Both the position numbers and the translations under genes were made by a program. DNA of 62,357 bases, filler included, from an uncultured Methanosarcinales archaeon (GTDB lineage: Archaea > Nanobdellota > Nanobdellia > Woesearchaeales > CAYZNE01): assembly GCA_964405295.1 (NCBI GenBank). It is 4 parts of 4 records of this genome, joined end to end, with 100 filler letters (N's around TTAATTAATTAA, not from the genome) between each part and the next. Parts side by side here need not be neighbours in the genome. Positions count along the whole stretch, not along the records: positions 52,135 to 62,357 come from CAYONI010000016.1; 3 more parts are not named here. The stretch is one strand, 5' to 3'. The notes under the pieces were generated by a model that saw only the letters and a program-made list of their open reading frames with translations, was not told the origin of the DNA and did not search any database. How positions within the stretch are numbered: the stretch's first letter is position 1; every line of letters begins with the position of its first letter. This document shows, piece after piece, positions 55,684 to 62,357 of the stretch.

Positions 55684-55874
55684 AGGATCATTTTTTACAT
55701 ATTATTTTGAGATTTCAAGATACGATGAAGCAGTAGTTAATATTTATAAGAAGTATATGAGTTTTTGAGATGCATATGAAATTGATATTTTTTGATAAGG
55801 GCTATGAACTTATTTACTTATTTAGTGTCATTGTAATTAATCAAGTATTAGACGAACAAAACAACAAACATTAA

Positions 55875-55908
55875 AAAAATCACTCTCAGAAATTTGAGAG
55901 TGATTTTT
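55875..55908. terminator. Bidirectional intrinsic terminator
   Basis: aaaaatcactctca-gaaatt-tgagagtgattttt. Confidence 0.8.
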
Positions 55909-55930
55909 ATTTATGTATTATTTTATTGAA

Positions 55931-56368
55931 TTACTGTACCACTGAAGTTTTAAATATGTCAACAAGTCGAATATCTTGTTCATATATTTTAGTTCCATCA
56001 ACATTATAAATGAAGTCATCATTTACAATAATAGTATTTCTACTTGCTATATATTTATTAAATTCAGGTAAGAATTGAATCATATCATATTCAAGAGGAA
56101 TTACAACTGTTAAGTCCGTTGTCATTACCCCTGTATTACCATTAATAGTAACGATATAATGATTTGTTTCTTCTAAGTAATTAATGCTGTCAAATAACAA
56201 ATCATTTTTAACATCCATAAATGCATATTTAACAATTCCATGATAACTATCCCAATCAAATCCACCTAATACTTCAAATTCGTTTGTATCTACTAATTTG
56301 TAAGGGCCACCAACGGTGTTACTAACTAATAGGAAGTCTCCTTTGAAATCAGCAATATCACCAATATA
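55931..56368 (-). pseudogene. 5'-truncated beta-repeat (WG-like) protein fragment
   Basis: Frame stays open upstream of the 56218 start until an in-frame TAA near 56370; GVMTTDLTVVIPLEYD motif. Confidence 0.45.
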
Positions 56369-56540
56369 TTATTTTTTGATTTTCATTTCATTTAAAAAAA
56401 ATAGGTAATTATTGATATTTCTATATTAAGATTGAGGAATCAAATATATTAATGAAAAAAAATAAAATAAAATTTATCCAATAAAAATACAAAATCCTAC
56501 GTATAATATATGAACCATAAAAATAAGGAGGGCTTATATT

Positions 56541-57395
56541 ATGAAAAAATTATTATTAGGAATATTTGCAATAACTATGGCTATAGGCGTTGTAGCTTGT
56601 GGGAATATAAATGAAATGGAATCTGCAGGAGTTTACGTAGCTGTAGATATTAATCCATCAATTGAATTCATAGTTGATGAAGACGACAATGTTGAATCAT
56701 TTAATTTCACAAATGAAGATGCATTAATTTTATGTGGTGACATTGATTTTATCGGTATGAATATCGAGGAAGCGGTTGAATTATTTGTAGAACTTGCCAC
56801 AGAAGCTGGATTCATCGATGTTGATGGTGAAGATAATGCAGTACTTATTACAGTACTTGGTGATGAAGACGACGAGTTAGTTGAAGGAATCAAAGAAAGA
56901 GTTAGAACGCGTATTATACGCTACATGGCTATGCATTATATTAATGGACAAGTATTAATAGAAGAGTTTACTCAAGCGGATTTAGTAGCTCAAGCAAATG
57001 AACTTGGCGTAACTCCAGGAAAACTTAAATTAGCTTTGCTAGCACAAACAGTTGATGAAGAATTAGCGCTTGACGATGCAATTGAAATGACGGTAAAAGA
57101 CTTATTTGCATCAGTTAAAACACAACATCAAGCAAATATAGCAGAATTAACTGAAGAAGAACTTACATTAAGATTAGCTCAAAAAGAAGTTTTAATGACA
57201 CTATTTAGAGCTAAATTAACCGAACGTGTTCAAAATAAACCAGTACTTGCTGAAGTGCAAATTCAAGCAAGAGTTGAAGTAATTAGATCTCAAATTTCAA
57301 CTCAAACAAGACAATCTTGGGAAGAAAGATTAGTCGAGTGGAGAGTGGCTCTAGAACAAAGGCAACTCGAAGCGACACAATCGCAAGATAACTAA
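56541..57395 (+). CDS. Lipoprotein with RsgI-like (anti-sigma-I extracellular) domain
   Basis: Lipobox VVAC; YVAVDINPSIEF...N.DA; GVTPGKL. Confidence 0.8.
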   Translation: MKKLLLGIFAITMAIGVVACGNINEMESAGVYVAVDINPSIEFIVDEDDNVESFNFTNEDALILCGDIDFIGMNIEEAVELFVELATEAGFIDVDGEDNAVLITVLGDEDDELVEGIKERVRTRIIRYMAMHYINGQVLIEEFTQADLVAQANELGVTPGKLKLALLAQTVDEELALDDAIEMTVKDLFASVKTQHQANIAELTEEELTLRLAQKEVLMTLFRAKLTERVQNKPVLAEVQIQARVEVIRSQISTQTRQSWEERLVEWRVALEQRQLEATQSQDN

Positions 57396-57414
57396 ACACT
57401 TTTTCACTATTCTT

Positions 57415-57441
57415 GTTAGGCGGGTTCTTTTCCTGCCTAAC
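57415..57441 (+). terminator. Intrinsic terminator
   Basis: gttaggcggg-ttctttt-cctgcctaac followed by T-rich sequence. Confidence 0.7.
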
Positions 57442-57691
57442 TATACTTTTTGTTTTTACTAAACTTATTTCTCGTGTTGAAATTGTTTTGAAAGGTCATT
57501 GATTAGCAGAAGACATTATGCAAGATACTTATTTAAAAGCATTAAGCAAGATTCTCACATACAAACGACAAGCTTATTCTAAATCACGGCTTGTTATGAT
57601 TGGAAAAAACTTGACAATCATGAATAAAACAATTTGAATTATTTTTAGAAAATATGCTACTGATTTTATATATATGTAGAGGAGTGAAAAT

Positions 57692-58273
57692 ATGTATAAT
57701 GAAGAAATAGAACTTAGTATCAATACACAACTTGAATTAATAGGAACTGCCAGAGATATGCATGAGGCAATTGGCGAACATAGTATGAGGGTTAGTAATT
57801 TAGCGGTAAAGTTAGGACATGAATTAGACTTAAATAACGAAGAAATGACTACATTAAGAATTGGATCATATTTTCATGATGTTGGAAAAATGTATGTTTC
57901 GAAAGATATACTAAATTCAACTAACAAACTTACAAAAATAGAACGAAAAAAAATACAAAATCATCCACTTGTCGGAGCTAGGTGTTTTTCAAAAAATGAT
58001 GATTTTTTGAAGATATCAGAAATTATTTCGCTTCACCATGAAAGAATTGATGGAGAAGGATATCCATACGGATTACATGGCAGCCTAATTCCAAAACTTG
58101 TAAAAATAGTAAGTATTTGTGATTCATATGATGCCATGATTGATAAACGCTCATATCGACAACAACCACTTAGTGAAGAAGAGGCTTTATGTGAATTAAT
58201 AAGACATAGTGGAACTCAGTTTGACGCGGTATTAGTTGAAATTTTTGTAGAAATGATTAGAAACAAAAATTAG
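57692..58273 (+). CDS. Stand-alone HD-GYP phosphodiesterase
   Basis: HSMRV, HDVGK, HHERIDGEGYPYGL, CDSYDAM, SGTQFD. Confidence 0.93.
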   Translation: MYNEEIELSINTQLELIGTARDMHEAIGEHSMRVSNLAVKLGHELDLNNEEMTTLRIGSYFHDVGKMYVSKDILNSTNKLTKIERKKIQNHPLVGARCFSKNDDFLKISEIISLHHERIDGEGYPYGLHGSLIPKLVKIVSICDSYDAMIDKRSYRQQPLSEEEALCELIRHSGTQFDAVLVEIFVEMIRNKN

Positions 58274-58507
58274 ATATTTTACTTAGAACTTTAAGTATGC
58301 CAACGTGTAAGATTAACTCATTAACACATCAATGGAATGCAGTATACTATAATGATACTTGATATCACTTGGATATTACATAGGATGTTTCTGTCACGAG
58401 CGACGGATCAAACATACTTACTCACGACTATTTCTTACTTACTAGTTCTCAGTTAGCAACACTTGATACTTCAAAATCTCATACATATTATACGAGGAGG
58501 AAAATAG

Positions 58508-58900
58508 ATGAAACGGAATTTATTAATGGTAATGTTAGTAACACTTGTCATATTTTTGACTGGTTGTGTCTCAGTAAATCAAATTAAAGATAATTTTGCT
58601 GATGCAGGATACGTTTATTCGGAGACTGCGAGCAGTTATATAAGCAACTTATTGGAAGGCTTTGATGAAGAAGAAGTCTCTGTCGATGCATACGTATTTA
58701 GTAATGGTATTCGTGTTGCTGTTGTGCTTGAATTTAATAGTACAAAGGAAATGAATGATGAATTGGAAAGTAATGAGGATCTTCAAGCTTTAATTGGTGA
58801 TTTGACAGAAAAAGAATTAATCCGTGGCAATATGCTTTTGATTCCAATTGGAATTACAACTGATGCCAAAGATGAAATGATTTCAATTTTTAATGATTGA
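58508..58900 (+). CDS. Lipoprotein
   Basis: Lipobox LTGC, GAGGAGG RBS. Confidence 0.8.
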   Translation: MKRNLLMVMLVTLVIFLTGCVSVNQIKDNFADAGYVYSETASSYISNLLEGFDEEEVSVDAYVFSNGIRVAVVLEFNSTKEMNDELESNEDLQALIGDLTEKELIRGNMLLIPIGITTDAKDEMISIFND

Positions 58901-58930
58901 AATAAAATATAAAACAAGGAGGAAATTATT

Positions 58931-59281
58931 ATGCTATTATCAATTGCACATATATTGGTTGCATTATTAGTATTAGTTATGTTGTACTTTGCTTTTTTTA
59001 AAACTAGTAAGTTGGGTGCGTTATCTGCCTTTACTGTACTTGCATCAATTATGTTAGTTATGTTTTTAAATGGATTTGCCAGTTTAATTAGCAATGTAGG
59101 TTTTTTAGATTTTTTGGTAAAAATATTTAATGGAGTTTCTGGACTTATTGTGTTTGCGGAACTTATTATATTAGTAATTTTGACATTTTTTAGTAAATTC
59201 AAAACAAAAGATGCTTTTTTGAAATGGTCGATTGTTGCGTATGTAGTACTTGTATTGCTTATTGAATTTGGTATTTTTTAA
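58931..59281 (+). CDS. Membrane protein
   Basis: Four TM helices, AGGAGG RBS. Confidence 0.75.
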   Translation: MLLSIAHILVALLVLVMLYFAFFKTSKLGALSAFTVLASIMLVMFLNGFASLISNVGFLDFLVKIFNGVSGLIVFAELIILVILTFFSKFKTKDAFLKWSIVAYVVLVLLIEFGIF

Positions 59282-59330
59282 GAATACTGGTTTTGCAAAA
59301 AATTAAATTATACTTAGTACAATTTCAAAG

Positions 59331-59455
59331 TATAATATGTATACAATAATAAGTTCCAATTAAAACTGATACGTAGAGTTATATCATAAATATTTGGAAC
59401 TAATGTTATAAACCGTATAACAAAGAGAAATAGCACATATTTCTCTTTGTTTTTT
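59331..59455 (+). repeat. Dispersed element, full copy C, with -10 box and terminator
   Basis: TATAAT at 59331; AGTTCCAA/TTGGAACT, TGATA/TATCA and TGTTATA/TATAACA stems; aacaaagagaaat/atttctctttgtt hairpin plus T-run. Confidence 0.8.
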
Positions 59456-59794
59456 GCGGAATATTCTTAGTTGCGTTTTTTCAGATAATTAGATGGGTTA
59501 TTATGGTTTGTCCATCTTTGTATTAATAAAGTATTATACAGATAATCAAAAACTCTACTAATCTGATAAAGCTGTTTTTATTTGTTAAAATAACTATAAA
59601 ATATAATAAATATAATGCTATAATAATTAGCGAAGATACCATTGTTTTTTATAGAGCTGACCAAAAAACATTATGTAATGAATTAAAAGTAGTAAAATAA
59701 CATCTAAGTCCTATTGAGCGTAGACTAAAATGAACTTCATGTTCCTTTAAATCTATACCATTTAATAGTAGAATTTAAGCAAGAGGTGATAAAA

Positions 59795-60994
59795 TTGAAA
59801 CTGAATGAAATTGGCGACTTCCTAAAATCGTTAAGGAAATCAAAAGGTTACACACAAGCGAATTTAGCAGAGATGTTAAATGTTTCAAATAAATCAGTTA
59901 GTAAATGGGAAACTGGATCAGGTCTTCCAGAGATGCAAACACTGTTGGAACTAGCTAAAATATATGAGGTTACTGTTGATGAAATTTTGAGAGGTACACG
60001 GAATCAACAGAAAAGCGATGTTAATTTAAAAGAAAGAAAAGAATATTTGATTAAAAATAGAGTGCAATCTTTCTATACTATGACATTAGTTTATTCACTT
60101 GTAACCATGATTGGATTTGTTTTATTATTAATCATTGGAAGTTTCTATGAAAATACAATTATTCTAGCTGCCTTTTTAGCACTTTTTTATTTGACAGCTA
60201 TTGTTATTCAAATAATTAGTATAAAAAACATTTTATTTCAAATTAAAGATAATTCAATGATTGAAAATAATGAATTCTTAATCTATAAAATATGGAATGC
60301 TTGTTTTTGGTTTTTTTCTTTAGTAATCTGCCTAATATGTCTGACATTTACTTATCAAATTAATCCTGATGGACACGTTGACTTCAATGCCTACTTAAAT
60401 AGATTAGTATTTGTTATCAGTGCTCTTTTTGTCTTTATCATTGAAGCATATATCATATTTAGATTAGTTATGAATCACTTTAAATATTATAAGAAACTTT
60501 CACTATTTAAATACTTGGTTTTTGGTATCTTACTCGTTTCTTCAGTTTCCCCATTTATATACCAATCGATAAATCCGCTTTCAGATCCACGAACGGTATA
60601 TATGAGTTTTGAAAAAAGTATTCAACCTGATGGATATGAGAGATTAAGAATTATTGGGATTGTGAGAAATGATCACGAAAATGAGATTTACGAATCAGAT
60701 CAGTATACACTGGTCTTAGAGACTGGAGATTTAGAATATATTGATTCAAATGGCAATACAGAAGTAATGTCTTCAGAAACATATGAATTGATGAATAATA
60801 TTTATTACATTAAAGATATTGAATTCAATGATAACATTGCTAAGACTGCATGGCGTACATCAAATGACTTAATTGAGCTAGACTATTATTTAGAATTATT
60901 TGCTTATAGTTTAATGTTAAGTGTTGTTTTACTTTCAAGTGGATTTGGTATATATTCTGTAATTAAGAAAAATAAAATGTCTAACCATAAATAG
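59795..60994 (+). CDS. XRE HTH regulator fused to a multi-TM sensor domain
   Basis: LRKSKGYTQANLAEMLNVSNKSVSKWETG, then several TM helices; GAGGTG RBS before TTG at 59795. Confidence 0.88.
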   Translation: MKLNEIGDFLKSLRKSKGYTQANLAEMLNVSNKSVSKWETGSGLPEMQTLLELAKIYEVTVDEILRGTRNQQKSDVNLKERKEYLIKNRVQSFYTMTLVYSLVTMIGFVLLLIIGSFYENTIILAAFLALFYLTAIVIQIISIKNILFQIKDNSMIENNEFLIYKIWNACFWFFSLVICLICLTFTYQINPDGHVDFNAYLNRLVFVISALFVFIIEAYIIFRLVMNHFKYYKKLSLFKYLVFGILLVSSVSPFIYQSINPLSDPRTVYMSFEKSIQPDGYERLRIIGIVRNDHENEIYESDQYTLVLETGDLEYIDSNGNTEVMSSETYELMNNIYYIKDIEFNDNIAKTAWRTSNDLIELDYYLELFAYSLMLSVVLLSSGFGIYSVIKKNKMSNHK

Positions 60995-61125
60995 TTTTAA
61001 TGCTGGAAATTCCTACTTAAAGAAAGCAACAATTAGCATTCATCAAGACATATCTATTACTCATAAAGTTTAAAATTTGTTGTCATTATGATGGGTTGGT
61101 TTGAAAGTAGAGTAGAGGGCGTTTG

Positions 61126-61231
61126 TATAATATACATACAATAACAAGTTACAGTTAAAAGTGTTACACCGAGTGAACTGATAAGATGTTAGTAGACACA
61201 AAGGAAAACATGTGTTTATTAACATTTTTTT
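61126..61231 (+). repeat. Dispersed element, left-half copy D, with -10 box and terminator
   Basis: TATAAT at 61126; left half runs to gagtgaa; 15-bp stem atgttagtagacaca/tgtgtttattaacat plus T-run. Confidence 0.75.
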
Positions 61232-61364
61232 GTATAATTAAAAGAAGGAATTAGATAAATGAGTGTTTAATAAAACTTTCTAATATCTATTGTGTTGTGC
61301 ACACTACTGTGTTATGATTAGTACGAAGACTAATTTTAAAAAAAATGAAAAGAGAATAGATAAT

Positions 61365-61946
61365 ATGAGTGATGCTAAAGGGAAAATTATTATTATAAAC
61401 GGTGTTTCAAGTTCAGGTAAAACAACTTTATCTAAAGGATTACAACAAAAAATGGAAGAGCATTATTTTTGGGTAGCCAATGATACTTTTTGTGATATGT
61501 GTTCTAGTAAGCATTGGAATGAAGATTGGGTTACCAGAATTAATCAAGCTTTGACTGCAATGATTTATTCAGTAAAATCATTTTCTGATTTAGGATTTAA
61601 TGTAATTGTAGATCAAGTGTTCTTAAATAATGCATCACAAGGTAAAATACTTGAGAAATGTATAGAAGTATTACATGATTACCCAGTTCTTTTTGTTCGA
61701 ACTGATTGTTCATTAGAGGAACTAAAAAAAAGAGAAAAAGAGCGAGGAAACAGGAGAATTGGACAAGCTGAATCTCAACTAAAAATTGTTCATAATCATA
61801 ACACTTACGATATTGCAATTGATACTACTAAAAACGACACAGATGAAAATATAAATAAAATAATATTAAAACTAGAGAATATAGAAGATAGAAGAGCATT
61901 TTCAATTTTATACGATAAATTATCTACAACTGGGAAGATTTATTAG
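61365..61946 (+). CDS. Chloramphenicol phosphotransferase (CPT)-like P-loop kinase
   Basis: IIIINGVSSSGKTT, GFNVIVD, LEELKKREKERGNRRIGQAESQ, YDIAIDT. Confidence 0.87.
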   Translation: MSDAKGKIIIINGVSSSGKTTLSKGLQQKMEEHYFWVANDTFCDMCSSKHWNEDWVTRINQALTAMIYSVKSFSDLGFNVIVDQVFLNNASQGKILEKCIEVLHDYPVLFVRTDCSLEELKKREKERGNRRIGQAESQLKIVHNHNTYDIAIDTTKNDTDENINKIILKLENIEDRRAFSILYDKLSTTGKIY

Positions 61947-62106
61947 AATATTGAGTCTGAATAGTTATAATTCTACGTTGAAAAGATGTGGATAGTAATA
62001 TCTTTCAACACGCAATTATTTATATTTAAAATTAGAATTGTTTGATAAAAAATATATGTTCATGTTGGATTGGTATGGAATTTGAACAGTTGGTAGTTAA
62101 ACAGTC

Positions 62107-62196
62107 ATATACATACAGTAACAAGTTGCAACCAACAATATTACACCGAGTTGAATCACAAATAGTTGAAACTAACGATATACATAGAGTAACAAG
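62107..62196 (+). repeat. Dispersed element, full copy E
   Basis: atatacatacagtaacaagttgcaacc...ttacaccgag...atcacaaatagttgaaactaacgata...taacaag. Confidence 0.8.
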
Positions 62197-62311
62197 GACA
62201 TTTTATTTATTTGAATATAGTTTATCTATGTAAAAACTTATAACATTTTCATTACTGCGTTCATATAAGCATTTATATATGGTAATATACTTATTAGTAT
62301 GGAGGATATAT

Positions 62312-62357
62312 ATGCGTATTTGCTTGGTTGATGATGATTCTACACAACTTGATTACT
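62312..62357 (+). CDS. Response regulator receiver domain, N-terminus only (cut by window end)
   Basis: GGAGG RBS; MRICLVDDDSTQLDY. Confidence 0.7.
   Translation, partial: MRICLVDDDSTQLDY

Noticed and set aside
57480..57610. c-di-GMP riboswitch upstream of the HD-GYP gene
   Set aside because: The context is suggestive, but the GEMM-I consensus (GCAAA, GNRA loop and receptor) could not be found.
52151..62196. Dispersed element as a CRISPR array or canonical integron attC sites
   Set aside because: Copies are kilobases apart with genes between them and there are no cas genes. The right end is mostly GAT rather than GTTRRRY, flanking genes lie in both orientations, and no integrase is seen.
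62042..62233. 63-aa ORF
   Set aside because: It overlaps element copy E, starts at TTG without an RBS, and has no recognisable motifs.
52135..62357. Mycoplasma-type genetic code 4
   Set aside because: TGA ends apparently complete genes (52547, 58900) and Trp is encoded by TGG.

Overview
This window is not one locus. It is four contigs joined by artificial N-TTAATTAATTAA-N linkers. (1) 1-20514 is AT-rich archaeal chromosome, probably DPANN/Woesearchaeota-like (inferred). It carries trmB, a probable oriC with ORB-like boxes, cdc6-DP1-DP2, aIF2-beta, a Lys-rich H1-like protein, Hef, DnaG, glucan phosphorylase and RIO1. (2) 20614-37316 is similar archaeal DNA with wecB, a Tad/type IV pilus ATPase plus two TadB/C genes, GINS, a cluster of large secreted proteins and a KH-domain protein. 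(3) 37417-52034 is a single open reading frame of more than 4,870 codons, truncated at both ends. It has the motifs of a crAss-like virion RNA polymerase fused to an SF1 helicase, two zincin domains and a RecB-like nuclease. (4) 52135-62357 is low-GC bacterial accessory DNA in code 11, possibly Izemoplasmatales/Acholeplasmatales-like (inferred). Its small genes are interspersed with about seven full or half copies of an unannotated ~90-bp palindromic element. The most notable items are the giant phage polyprotein, the dispersed element (candidate cassette-recombination site or multicopy sRNA), several structured intergenic RNA candidates in the archaeal contigs, and a duplicated PolD C-terminal PIP box. 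All calls come from motif recognition by eye; no searches were run.
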